The notes below the pieces were generated by a model. That model saw only the letters and a program-made list of their open reading frames with translations. It searched no databases and was not told the DNA's origin. DNA of 64,000 nucleotides, from positions 124,001-188,000 of IMG/VR virus record IMGVR_UViG_3300044633_003049, one strand, 5' to 3'. Position 1 is the stretch's first letter, and each line of letters starts with the position of its first letter. Positions 1 through 9,591 of the stretch are shown here, piece by piece. Both the position numbers and the translations under genes were made by a program.

Positions 1-324
1 ATCTACCCTAATAATCGTATTATCAATAGTTGGGGTGAAAATTAAATCTTTGATTTGTTGGGGTAGATGAGCCGTGACCATATTTTCTCTTTGGAATAAG
101 AAATAAAATTTAATATGTTCGTCAATTAATATTGTATATAATTCTCGGTCGACCTCTATTGGTTCCATTTCAGAATCAAATATTACTATTATATTCTCTG
201 AATTTTCTATAATGAATCTAATTGATTTGATGACCTTGCTTTCACCTATAACATCAGTACAAAAATACTCGATATCCTCATGGTCATCGAACATACCAAA
301 AATAAATAATACGTATGTATTCAT
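1..324 (-). CDS. Hypothetical protein, 3'-truncated by the window edge (not in the ORF track)
   Basis: ATG at 324-322, 7 nt after the stop of the 332..979 gene. Open for 108 codons to position 1 (MNTYVLFIFGMFDDHEDIEYF...TIIRVD). Confidence 0.75.
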   Translation of the reverse strand, partial: MNTYVLFIFGMFDDHEDIEYFCTDVIGESKVIKSIRFIIENSENIIVIFDSEMEPIEVDRELYTILIDEHIKFYFLFQRENMVTAHLPQQIKDLIFTPTIDNTIIRVD

Positions 325-331
325 TTATGTG

Positions 332-979
332 TTATTTTTTGAGTTTAACTTTCCAATAAACACCTCCACCGATAAATGGAACCAATTTTCCATTAGTCCC
401 TTCGTCATCAACTCTATTCGTTACTCCAACACCTAATCTATACATATGTCTATCGTCTTTATTTTTAAATAAAACACTGATACCTACAATATTGATTACA
501 TTCGGTTTGTCAAATTTTGCGTCAATACCGAGGTACATTTCATTCTGTCTTGGTATTGGTGTGTACATTGTGTCTCTAACAATTTTTTGTTTTACGTCAC
601 TTTTAAATGAGCGACCGACTATTCTACTATTAGATATTGTATCAAATAAAGTAACCGTTCCTATATTGTTTGGTAATTTAAGAACGTCTTTCTTAAACAT
701 TTTCATTCCAATTGCATTTAATAATGCCGTCGTGTCAATTGGTTTATCTACCGGTACAGTATCGTGAACTGCATATGGAATCTGTACTTCTACGGGTATC
801 TCAACTTCCACAAGAGACTCAACTTCTACCGTATCATGAACAGGGACTTCAAATCCAACCGTATCTCGTATTAAAACCGTTCTATTTGGCATTATACCCT
901 TAGGATTAAGAAATTCTAAAATACATATTAATAATAAAATTAATATTATTATATGTCTGATGTCAAAAATTTTCTTCAT
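332..979 (-). CDS. Membrane-anchored protein with C-terminal amphipathic beta strands (possible lysis/spanin-like component)
   Basis: N-terminal hydrophobic helix (IIILILLLICILEFL), V/E/P-rich linker, and four alternating-pattern strands ending GGGVYWKVKLKK. Confidence 0.5.
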   Translation of the reverse strand: MKKIFDIRHIIILILLLICILEFLNPKGIMPNRTVLIRDTVGFEVPVHDTVEVESLVEVEIPVEVQIPYAVHDTVPVDKPIDTTALLNAIGMKMFKKDVLKLPNNIGTVTLFDTISNSRIVGRSFKSDVKQKIVRDTMYTPIPRQNEMYLGIDAKFDKPNVINIVGISVLFKNKDDRHMYRLGVGVTNRVDDEGTNGKLVPFIGGGVYWKVKLKK

Positions 980-980
980 T

Positions 981-1397
981 TTACTTAAGAAGATAAAGAG
1001 ATGTCATTATTATACCTGCAAAACTTCCAACCTTATAAAGAAACGTTTTTCTTCTTTGTCCTTTTAATTCTTTAAATAAACTTTCAGATTTTTGTCTTTC
1101 TAATCCAAATTGCTCATCTTTTTTAGTGATGATTAATTCAAGATTACCGATTTTTTGTTCTTTTAATGAATCCTTTTGTTTGTATAAACCAATTTGTTCA
1201 TCTTTTAATGATACAACTTTATTTAATTCAACAACTTCAGCAACGGCACCGTCACCTTTCATAAGGTCTTTGATAACTAATTTAGCTACCGGTACTTTTA
1301 ATGCTACGATAGTGTCTACGTTAGTTTTTGTAACGGTCTGAGAAAAACTTTTCAAGGTCACTAAAGTTATAATTGTTAACAGAATCAATTTTTTCAT
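981..1397 (-). CDS. Secreted coiled-coil protein with C-terminal hydrophobic anchor (spanin-like candidate)
   Basis: Signal peptide MKKLILLTIITLVTLKSFS/Q, heptad region, C-terminal VGSFAGIIMTSLYLLK. No Cys, so no lipobox. Confidence 0.5.
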   Translation of the reverse strand: MKKLILLTIITLVTLKSFSQTVTKTNVDTIVALKVPVAKLVIKDLMKGDGAVAEVVELNKVVSLKDEQIGLYKQKDSLKEQKIGNLELIITKKDEQFGLERQKSESLFKELKGQRRKTFLYKVGSFAGIIMTSLYLLK

Positions 1398-1659
1398 GTG
1401 TTTGGTTTTTAATAATAGTTATGTTTTTGGTAACGTTATTTACATTTGCATCGACTTTATCTATTTCTTTGTCGATGATAACCATTTGTTCGTTTAATTT
1501 AAGATTTTCATAATGAACAGAATCTATTTCATTTTGGATTGAATCTATTTTTTGGTTGTACCCCGCAACATCGGTTCTAATCCCGTTTGTTGTAAAAATA
1601 TTCCAAGCGGCCAAAACGATAATTATAACTAATAAAATGTTGGATTTATTTATCTTCAT
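1321..1659 (-). CDS. Type II membrane coiled-coil protein (i-spanin-like candidate)
   Basis: N-terminal TM segment (ILLVIIIVLAAWNIF) followed by a long coiled coil. Overlaps the next gene by 77 nt. TATTTAT motif upstream. Confidence 0.5.
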   Translation of the reverse strand: MKINKSNILLVIIIVLAAWNIFTTNGIRTDVAGYNQKIDSIQNEIDSVHYENLKLNEQMVIIDKEIDKVDANVNNVTKNITIIKNQTHEKIDSVNNYNFSDLEKFFSDRYKN

Positions 1660-1682
1660 ATCTATGTTTTATTATAAATATG

Positions 1683-1707
1683 AAGAAAGGGGGTTTTATC
1701 CCCCTTT
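1683..1707 (-). terminator. Intrinsic terminator after clpP
   Basis: Minus strand reads AAAGGGGG-ATAAAA-CCCCCTTTCTT immediately after the clpP stop. Confidence 0.7.
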
Positions 1708-1709
1708 AC

Positions 1710-2387
1710 TTACTTTTTCTTCTTTTTAACTATTTCGTCAATAATTCCATAGGAAAGTGCGTCTTCCGCATTTAACCACAAATCCCTTGAAGCGTCATTT
1801 TTAACCTGTTCTGCGGTTTTTCCACAATATTCACCTAATAATGTGAATAGAATTTCATTCACCTTTCTCCACTCTATCATGCTGATTTCAGCGTCTTGGA
1901 TGTTTCCAACTGCCCCACCTGATGATTGGTGTAACATGGTTTGGGAAAACCTCAATGACCCTCTTTTACCTTTGGTACCAGCCCCTAATAGGACCGAACC
2001 CATTGAAGCTGCCATACCTGTGTTGATGGTTCTGATGTCAGATGTAATATAATCCATAACATCTACAATTGATAGACCCGATTTAACACTTCCTCCTGGA
2101 CTATCGATGTGCATTGTAATGTCATTATGATCTAAACTATCCAAGAACATTAATTGTGCTTGACAAATAGTCGACATATGGTCATCTACACCACCAGCAA
2201 CCCAAATGATACGTTCCATCATCAATCTTGAGAACACATCCATTATTGTAACATTCATTTGTCTCTCCTCCAAAATATATGGAGTTAAACTATCTTGAAT
2301 TTTTTGATTGTGATAATGTAAATCTAAGGAGCTAATCCCTTTGTCTTTAGCATAAAGTCCAAATTGTTGGTAATCTTTTGGTGTCAT
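1710..2387 (-). CDS. clpP: ATP-dependent Clp protease proteolytic subunit
   Basis: DVFSRLMMERII, IDSPGGSV, catalytic Ser in AASMG, His in MLHQ, Asp in RDLWL, ending YGIIDEI. Confidence 0.95.
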   Translation of the reverse strand: MTPKDYQQFGLYAKDKGISSLDLHYHNQKIQDSLTPYILEERQMNVTIMDVFSRLMMERIIWVAGGVDDHMSTICQAQLMFLDSLDHNDITMHIDSPGGSVKSGLSIVDVMDYITSDIRTINTGMAASMGSVLLGAGTKGKRGSLRFSQTMLHQSSGGAVGNIQDAEISMIEWRKVNEILFTLLGEYCGKTAEQVKNDASRDLWLNAEDALSYGIIDEIVKKKKK

Positions 2388-2434
2388 AAAAGTAAATTTA
2401 GTTTATAGGACAAATATAATTAAGATATTTGAAA

Positions 2435-4771
2435 CTAAGAAATTTTTGTTGTGATAAAATCTATGGATGAAACATTTTCTTCTTTCTTAATCATAACAAT
2501 ATTATCAGACCAATTACGTATTAAAGAATTGTGTGATATGACAAGTATATGGTCAAAGTAATTTTTAATCTTTTTAAAGAATTCACCGACCATTTCCAAG
2601 TTCTCGTCAGCAATTTTACCGAACACCTCATCCATAACCACAATGTTAGGTTTAGGTAATGAAGATATTTTAGTTAATACACTACGAAGTGCCAATGAGG
2701 ATATGGTTCTTTCATAACCAGACCCCGCATTAAGGGGTTTAACGATTCGGGTCTCTGTATCTATCATTATAAATTCAACCTCATTCTTATCATTTATATT
2801 CATCTCTAAAATGAAATGACAACTATCCACTAACAAACGATACAATTCCTGATTGATTAATGGAATCATATTTTTAAGAATGATTTTAGATATTCCGTTT
2901 TTACCATAAACGGTTAAATAAATCTTAAACACGGCAGCCAATTCTTCCTCCGCCGTAATCTTTTTAATTAACTCCTCATTGATACCAACCTTACCATTCA
3001 TATTTGAAATGTTATTGGTGTGTTTTTCAATGTTAGTGTTTGTCTGTCTAATGTCTCCGTTTGCTGTTTCAATTTTAGTTTTAAGTGCAATCACTTCCGC
3101 ATCAATCTTTTGATTCTCCTCAAGTTTCTTTTTATTACTTTCGTAATTATCTAATCTTTTTTGTTTACCGTCAATCTCTAATTGTTTTTGTTCAATCTCT
3201 AACTCATATCTTTCCTTACGAAGTTTATTTCTTTCGTAACTTTCAAATTCAGTTTTTAATTTATCAAACCCTTCCGATTGTTCTTTTAATAAATCAAACT
3301 GTATTTGATTTAATTCCATTTCCTTTATGATGTCTTCAATTTCTTTTTTAATCTTTTCAATTTCATCTGTGTGGTCAACCTCATCTAACGCACGATTACA
3401 AGTAGGGCAAACTGTTCCTTCTTCAAATTGTTTGATTAATTTTTCTCTTTGGGTCTTTTCATATTTGGATACAACATCAATTCCTTGAAGATTTGCCATT
3501 TCACCTTTTAACTCTTTGTGTTGATCTTCATCATAGAATTGTGATGGTTCAACAACACTAACTCCGTCGGCGTTTGTTTGACTTACGTTTTTTTGAGTTA
3601 ATAGAAAAGTAACTTCTCTTTGTAATAAAGTTGGATTTGTATTCAGTAATTCTTTATCGACGTCATTATTTCTTTTTAAGAATACATCGTCCCTTTTCTT
3701 TTCTAACTTCTCTAAATCTTTTTCAAACTTACCTAATTCTTTTGTTAATTTTACAATCTCACTTTCCGAATTGGTAATACTTTCTTTGTACGTTTCATTA
3801 TCAGATTCTAAACTAACTTTGTTATATGTGTTGGACACCAATTTCTTACCCCAATCGTTATAAATTTCTTTTGCAAGTTCTTCTTTAATTTTTAAGTTTT
3901 CCAATCCCATGAACTTTGTTAAAATTTGTCCACGAGCGGTTGGTTTGGATTCAATTAATTCTTCCAAGTTATAACCAGTAGTTAATATAGTTGATAAGAA
4001 ATCTTCTTCCGTTCCAATTGCCGAAGATATAAACACTTCAGTTTCTCTTCTTTGTTCACCAGATAAATTTACAATTTCACCATCTTCAGTTTTTTTATAA
4101 AACTCCAATTCATTCTTAACGGTGTACTCACCAGACTTACCCATCTTACGAGATGTCTTTCTTTCAATAACATAATCGTCACCATCAATAGTAATTTCAC
4201 CACGAACACTCACATCGTTCTTATCGGTAAATCTATTAAAAATTTCACCGTTAGTTTTTGTCTTTGTTGTTGTATTAAAAAATAAGAACATTAAAAGGTC
4301 TACTGAAGATGTAGATTTACCACCGAAGTTCTTTGGTGTAGATTCGATTACCGTAATACCGTCCAACCCAGTAAAATCAATAACGTTATTATCTCCGAAT
4401 GATAGAAAATTAGAAAACTCCACTTTTCTAATATACCATTTATTATATCTAACTTTGTTTTCATTTAACTTATCAATTTGAATATTAACTTTATTATCCA
4501 ACCTATCAACCAATTCCCATTTAATATCAATTTCATTGTCCTTAATGAAATCTTTCATTAATTTCTTTTGATATTGGTGGTCTAAGATATTATCGGAAGC
4601 CTCTAACGATTCTAATCGTGTTTGATTAACACTAGTTAATGTTTTAGTGATTACTTGAACTGTCTTTGCATTATATTTTTTCTCAAAATAAGATTTCACC
4701 CTTCTGATTTTCTCAGGGGTGAAATTTTCGGGAACATCTTCCCATGTTACTTTTATAAATGGATTAGTCAA
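2435..4771 (-). CDS. sbcC: SbcC/Rad50/gp46-like SMC ATPase
   Basis: NFLSFG, Walker A NFGGKST, coiled coils around zinc hook CPTC, signature GSGYE, Walker B VVMDE, H-loop ISH. Confidence 0.92.
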   Translation of the reverse strand: MTNPFIKVTWEDVPENFTPEKIRRVKSYFEKKYNAKTVQVITKTLTSVNQTRLESLEASDNILDHQYQKKLMKDFIKDNEIDIKWELVDRLDNKVNIQIDKLNENKVRYNKWYIRKVEFSNFLSFGDNNVIDFTGLDGITVIESTPKNFGGKSTSSVDLLMFLFFNTTTKTKTNGEIFNRFTDKNDVSVRGEITIDGDDYVIERKTSRKMGKSGEYTVKNELEFYKKTEDGEIVNLSGEQRRETEVFISSAIGTEEDFLSTILTTGYNLEELIESKPTARGQILTKFMGLENLKIKEELAKEIYNDWGKKLVSNTYNKVSLESDNETYKESITNSESEIVKLTKELGKFEKDLEKLEKKRDDVFLKRNNDVDKELLNTNPTLLQREVTFLLTQKNVSQTNADGVSVVEPSQFYDEDQHKELKGEMANLQGIDVVSKYEKTQREKLIKQFEEGTVCPTCNRALDEVDHTDEIEKIKKEIEDIIKEMELNQIQFDLLKEQSEGFDKLKTEFESYERNKLRKERYELEIEQKQLEIDGKQKRLDNYESNKKKLEENQKIDAEVIALKTKIETANGDIRQTNTNIEKHTNNISNMNGKVGINEELIKKITAEEELAAVFKIYLTVYGKNGISKIILKNMIPLINQELYRLLVDSCHFILEMNINDKNEVEFIMIDTETRIVKPLNAGSGYERTISSLALRSVLTKISSLPKPNIVVMDEVFGKIADENLEMVGEFFKKIKNYFDHILVISHNSLIRNWSDNIVMIKKEENVSSIDFITTKIS

Positions 4772-5504
4772 TTTTTTTATTTTCTTCTTCTATTCTTTTT
4801 AAGATTATGTTATAATAATCTTCGTTATTTTCTATTCCAATATAGTTTCTTTTTGTTCTTATCGAAGCAATTGCGGTAGTACCTGACCCCATACAATTGT
4901 CTAATATTACATCATTTTCATTACTATACGTTTTTATTAACCATTCAAATAATGATATAGGTTTTTGTGTTGGGTGATATACTTTTCCTTCGGATTCCGC
5001 CGTTTTAAAATATTGAACTGATCTTGGATAACGTAAACCATCTTCATTTTTAACATGTATCTCACCCTTTTGTTCTCTATAAACTTCGGTTGGTCTATTT
5101 GCCTTACCTTTATCATATGGGTCACCTAAAGTTTTTTGTGGGTTGTACGTTGGTAAATTTTTATAAAAAACTAAAATATCTTCATGTGCCCTCATTGGCA
5201 TCTTTTTACTATTTAAATAACCAGTTGATTTTGATTTTTCCCAAACTAATGAATATCTAAACATTTTAATATTAGACATAACCAATGTAGAAGTAAATGG
5301 TTGTGTTGCCGTTAAAACAATGGCACCGTTACTTTTAATTATTCTATTATATTCTTTCCACAATTCATTAAATGGTATTATAGTGTCCCATTTACATTGT
5401 GTTGTTCCATATGGTAAATCACATAATATCATATCAATAGATTCGTCATCCATTTTTCTCATCTCTTCCAAACATTCCCCTAAAATTATTTTATTCAAAT
5501 TCAT
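4764..5504 (-). CDS. Beta-class amino (N6-A/N4-C) DNA methyltransferase
   Basis: Catalytic motif IV DLPY precedes HPTQKP and SAM-binding motif I DNCMGSGTT. Confidence 0.93.
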   Translation of the reverse strand: MNLNKIILGECLEEMRKMDDESIDMILCDLPYGTTQCKWDTIIPFNELWKEYNRIIKSNGAIVLTATQPFTSTLVMSNIKMFRYSLVWEKSKSTGYLNSKKMPMRAHEDILVFYKNLPTYNPQKTLGDPYDKGKANRPTEVYREQKGEIHVKNEDGLRYPRSVQYFKTAESEGKVYHPTQKPISLFEWLIKTYSNENDVILDNCMGSGTTAIASIRTKRNYIGIENNEDYYNIILKRIEEENKKID

Positions 5505-6090
5505 TTTTTATTTTATAAATAAAGTTTATCCTTTTTTCTACTAATTCTTGATCCAATTTAAATGGTGACTCACCACCATAAGTAAAATATTTACTTGCTG
5601 GTACTCTGTCATTTAAACATAATGGTTGGTAAATTAATTTTTGTTTCATCGCTTCTCTAATATCATTATTAAATAATCTTATTTGCTTATTAAAAATAAC
5701 ATCATATCTATTATAAGTAGTTGGGCAAGTTATTATAATATATGGTATAGTGTAATTACGTTCTATACATTCAAAAATTATTTCTCCAGCATTTGCCATT
5801 GCACGTTTCATAAAAGTTGAATCCAAATAATGTCCTTTATCTTCTTCAACAACAATAATTCTTGAGTATTCTCCAACAACAACATCAGGATTGAATTCAG
5901 TGTTTAAGATTTTTTTTGATTCTTCAAATATGGGCAAATCAAACGTGGTATATAATGATTTATTAAAATATTCAAAATTCTTACCAACAATATCTTTACC
6001 TGAACCTTTTTCACATTTCCATTGTTCGTAAGTTGGTGCAATAAATTTCTCTAAAAATAAATCTTCAAAATCTTTGAAATTAAAAATCAT
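5491..6090 (-). CDS. Putative PD-(D/E)xK restriction endonuclease
   Basis: FNPDVVV...IVVEEDKG fits PD-x(n)-ExK. Overlaps the MTase start by 14 nt. Confidence 0.5.
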   Translation of the reverse strand: MIFNFKDFEDLFLEKFIAPTYEQWKCEKGSGKDIVGKNFEYFNKSLYTTFDLPIFEESKKILNTEFNPDVVVGEYSRIIVVEEDKGHYLDSTFMKRAMANAGEIIFECIERNYTIPYIIITCPTTYNRYDVIFNKQIRLFNNDIREAMKQKLIYQPLCLNDRVPASKYFTYGGESPFKLDQELVEKRINFIYKIKNEFE

Positions 6091-6102
6091 GATTAATTAG
6101 AT

Positions 6103-6408
6103 TTATTTTTCTAATTTTTCAACCAAGACATTAAATGAATAGACTAAACCGCTGGTTAAAACGGCGTCAAAGAATAGACACATATACCAAGGACATAGAA
6201 AAAATTTATTTGTCAAACCACCAAGGACTAATGACATAAAAATGCCAACGTAAAAGGGTAGACACATCATACAATTCACCAGTTTTCCAAACCATTCTGA
6301 TTTTCTTGTAATCCATTCTCTTGGTGTATTAAATATACTACCAAACACCATAATGTTTGACATTCCATAGGAAATAAACAACCACATAATTAAATTCATC
6401 ATAATCAT
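6103..6408 (-). CDS. Small three-TM membrane protein with CxxC (DUF1360-like)
   Basis: Hydrophobic segments around IFNTPREW...LVNCMMCLPFYVG. Confidence 0.55.
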   Translation of the reverse strand: MIMMNLIMWLFISYGMSNIMVFGSIFNTPREWITRKSEWFGKLVNCMMCLPFYVGIFMSLVLGGLTNKFFLCPWYMCLFFDAVLTSGLVYSFNVLVEKLEK

Positions 6409-6467
6409 TAATTTATTATTTAAAATATAGATAAAACATTCCGTAAAAAAAAGTAAGTTGCCGGAAA

Positions 6468-7013
6468 TTATTCGTCGTACAGTGAATTCATATTACTATT
6501 CTTCATTAATCTACCCTTCCCTAACTTGGATAGTGAATTTGTAATGTTATCTAAATCTGTCTTAAGTTTTTCATTCTCTTTCATTAATCTATCTATCTCA
6601 TCATTGTTAACCACCTCCCTAACAACTTCCACAATTTTCTCAACAGGAACCTCTTTAATCACCTCTTTAGTTACGGTTTTACTCTTACCTTTCTTTTCAA
6701 CGATGACCTCTTTAATAACCTCCACAGGTACCTCTATTGTTATTTCTTTAATCACTTCCCTAATGACTTCAATGGGAACTTCAACAATACGTTCAACTAT
6801 CTTTTCAACAATAACTTCTTTGATTGTTTCTTTGGGTACTTCAACGATTTCTCTAATTTTATTACCATTTGGTATCTCACCATATTTTAACAAAGAAAAC
6901 CCTCTATTGAAGGTTTCTTGTGCTTGTTTATCAATATCTGTTATATTATTTAATTCACAAAATTGTGTGAACTCCTTATCCAAGATTAACGTGTGTTTCT
7001 TTTCCATCTTCAA
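6468..7013 (-). CDS. Hypothetical protein with V/E/K/I/P-rich (EKIVEVP-type) repeats
   Basis: EKIVERIVEVPIEVIREVIKE...KEVPVEKIVEVVREVV followed by a short coiled coil. Confidence 0.7.
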   Translation of the reverse strand: MKMEKKHTLILDKEFTQFCELNNITDIDKQAQETFNRGFSLLKYGEIPNGNKIREIVEVPKETIKEVIVEKIVERIVEVPIEVIREVIKEITIEVPVEVIKEVIVEKKGKSKTVTKEVIKEVPVEKIVEVVREVVNNDEIDRLMKENEKLKTDLDNITNSLSKLGKGRLMKNSNMNSLYDE

Positions 7014-7794
7014 TGTCTTTTATATCGTTTATTGAGAAATGAAGAAACGGTTGTTCATTATCCAAATCGTGAAATGTATATTCATTTGTTTCTATATCAT
7101 AAATACCATACCCGTGATGTTTAACTGTTTCACCAAAGTTTTGTTGTATTAAACTGCCAACCATAATTGCATGTCCTCCGTTTGGTAATGTAAATTGTTG
7201 TCTCTTGTGAATGTCACCACATAACAATAAATCTAAATCAACAAAGTTTAATTGGTCATACGCATCCTCAAACTCATATCCTAAATCAGTTGATAACCCC
7301 ATAATAGGTCCGTGAAATAATCCAACTGTTAATTTACTTTCATCTTTTGTAAACTCAGGACGTGAGTTATGTTGGTATAGTGAATAAACAACCCACTGAA
7401 TATTATCATCCATATAATCACCACTATCTTTATAATAAACAATAGTTGGGTCGTCTAATAACTGAACCACTGGTGTTATACTATCCATACGTTGTGTGTT
7501 ATTTTCCAAGAAATCGTGATTACCTGGTATAATTACAACTTTACCATATTTGGATAATTCTTTTAGGAACCAACTTGTTAATAATAACTGTTCATTAGAA
7601 ATATTTATTTTCTGATGCGCTATGTCCCCCGCAACAACTATACGAATTTCTTCATACTGAATACCTTCTTGATGCCACACGATATTATGTTCTCGTATCT
7701 CATCAATTAATGTTTCAAATTGTTCTCTATACAAATCATGCATTTGAATTGTACGAATATGTAAATCAGCAATGTGAATTATCTTTTTGACCAT
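6976..7794 (-). CDS. sbcD: SbcD/Mre11/gp47-like metallophosphoesterase nuclease
   Basis: ADLH, AGD, PGNHD, FHG, GDIH and GSLIQQNFGE motifs. Confidence 0.92.
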   Translation of the reverse strand: MVKKIIHIADLHIRTIQMHDLYREQFETLIDEIREHNIVWHQEGIQYEEIRIVVAGDIAHQKINISNEQLLLTSWFLKELSKYGKVVIIPGNHDFLENNTQRMDSITPVVQLLDDPTIVYYKDSGDYMDDNIQWVVYSLYQHNSRPEFTKDESKLTVGLFHGPIMGLSTDLGYEFEDAYDQLNFVDLDLLLCGDIHKRQQFTLPNGGHAIMVGSLIQQNFGETVKHHGYGIYDIETNEYTFHDLDNEQPFLHFSINDIKDIEDGKETHVNLG

Positions 7795-8648
7795 CTTGAA
7801 ATATATTTTGATAAATCCATTTGTAGGATTGCGTTATTAATTTGTGATGGGACTTTATATTCAACAAATGTTGCGTCGTCTTTTAATAAAACGACAACAT
7901 TACCCAATAATTTAGTGTCGTCATATTTTGTTCCTTCTAACATCTTACGCAACAATCTACCGTATAATGGTAATTGTAAATAATAATGACCTAAAGCATT
8001 ATCGTGATAGTTGTTGAATGGTGGATATAATCTACCAGTGTAATGATGAACCTCAAAGTTTTTTGGTTGATTCGTCTTCCAATCTGTAATAACAAAACCA
8101 AATCCATCTTTCTCTTTGTTTTGCATCAACCATACTTTATCAGGTTGTCCTGTGTATTGTTCTGTCGGGTCACCTAATACGATTTCAGTATCTAATAATA
8201 CCCCACCTCGTTCTAACATTAAATCAAGAAATTGTTTTCCCGCAATAATCATGTTATCACTCTTACGTTGTTGTTCTTCATTGATTTCAAATATTGGTTG
8301 TCTAACTTCTTTGTAGTTATCAAAACGACCAATTAATTCAGATTCCAATTCAAAGTGAACACGACTACCCATATTAGTTGATAGGTCACCCGCTTGTTTC
8401 CATTCAGCAAGTAATTGTGATTGTCCTTCAGGGTCTCCTTTTGCCATTTTAAGTGCCATACCATCAGCATCAAATGGTTTGTGAAATTTCTTAACAATTT
8501 TAGATACAGATGGAAAGTTCTTTTTGACTTCACCATCAACATCTTTCATATAGTAAATGTGTTCTTCTTCTATGAATGTTAATTCTAATTCTTGTCTTCT
8601 CTTTTCTAATAAATCATTTATCTCTAATGAGATGTCTTTTAAATTCAT
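7779..8648 (-). CDS. PD-(D/E)xK (RecB-like) exonuclease
   Basis: PSVS, GSRVH, GQPD, ITDWKT, YYLQLPLY. Lacks the four Fe-S cysteines of Cas4. Confidence 0.85.
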   Translation of the reverse strand: MNLKDISLEINDLLEKRRQELELTFIEEEHIYYMKDVDGEVKKNFPSVSKIVKKFHKPFDADGMALKMAKGDPEGQSQLLAEWKQAGDLSTNMGSRVHFELESELIGRFDNYKEVRQPIFEINEEQQRKSDNMIIAGKQFLDLMLERGGVLLDTEIVLGDPTEQYTGQPDKVWLMQNKEKDGFGFVITDWKTNQPKNFEVHHYTGRLYPPFNNYHDNALGHYYLQLPLYGRLLRKMLEGTKYDDTKLLGNVVVLLKDDATFVEYKVPSQINNAILQMDLSKYISRWSKR

Positions 8649-8649
8649 G

Positions 8650-9591
8650 TTATTCTATTTGTTTCATTTTATATTCACTTAAGTTTCCTTGCAAATCGGC
8701 GATGTCTTTATCCCCTTCTAATTTAATACTCCAAACTTTCCCCATTAGTTTTCCACAATTCAATCTATGATATAATCTCTCTTGGTCGTTCCACGCATCG
8801 GGGTCAAGTACTATAATTATTTTTTTTGCATTATCGTATAGTTTTTTAAATAAATGTTCACTCATAAACTTTCCCAACATTGGGATTGCGTTGGGAATGA
8901 AAATACTGTCGAACGCTCCTTCAACTATATAAACAGGTTCGTCCCAATTAATTAAACTTTCATTGAAAATAATAACCTCCTTTTGTACCACGGGGTTCAT
9001 ATACTTTCTATTTGTTTTATTTAAAAAAGAACGGGCAATAAAATAATTCAATCTTCTGTTTTCATCATATGAAGGAATGATAATTCTATTTTCATAAGGT
9101 CCTGTTGCACAAAATCCAATATTATAAAGTTGTAACATCAAATCTGTTATATTTCTTTTTTTGATGTAATTGAGTGCCTGCTTATACCCTGGTGTTAATT
9201 TCATTCCAAAACTTGCATCTTTAAATGAAATAAATTCTTTTGGTAATTTAACTGGTTTATATTCTTTTTTATTCCCATCTTCATCTTCTTCTGGTTTTAA
9301 TAAAATATATTTTTTAAGTTGTTTAGGATTACCAAACTTCTTAATTAACTTATAAATTGAACCGTGTGTTTCGTGAGATTCGGCACATACCCAACACTTA
9401 TAAACACCGTATTTGTAATTGATTTCCAAATTGCCCTTACCATCACCTTTTTCTAACCCTTTGATTTCATGAGAACACACAGGACAGTCAAAAGAAACTT
9501 GGTATCTATAATCATTATGATTCTTATAGTCACCAAATATGTCTTCCAAAATTTCAAATACTGCGGAATAATCTACTTCTTGGGTGTTCAT
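8650..9591 (-). CDS. DnaG-type DNA primase
   Basis: Zn finger CPVC...CWVC, RIIIP, TOPRIM motifs VEGAFD and LDPD, then KDIAD. Confidence 0.92.
   Translation of the reverse strand: MNTQEVDYSAVFEILEDIFGDYKNHNDYRYQVSFDCPVCSHEIKGLEKGDGKGNLEINYKYGVYKCWVCAESHETHGSIYKLIKKFGNPKQLKKYILLKPEEDEDGNKKEYKPVKLPKEFISFKDASFGMKLTPGYKQALNYIKKRNITDLMLQLYNIGFCATGPYENRIIIPSYDENRRLNYFIARSFLNKTNRKYMNPVVQKEVIIFNESLINWDEPVYIVEGAFDSIFIPNAIPMLGKFMSEHLFKKLYDNAKKIIIVLDPDAWNDQERLYHRLNCGKLMGKVWSIKLEGDKDIADLQGNLSEYKMKQIE

Noticed and set aside
7779-8648. Cas4 assignment
   Set aside because: The Fe-S cysteines are absent. Context is primase/SbcD, typical of a phage exonuclease.
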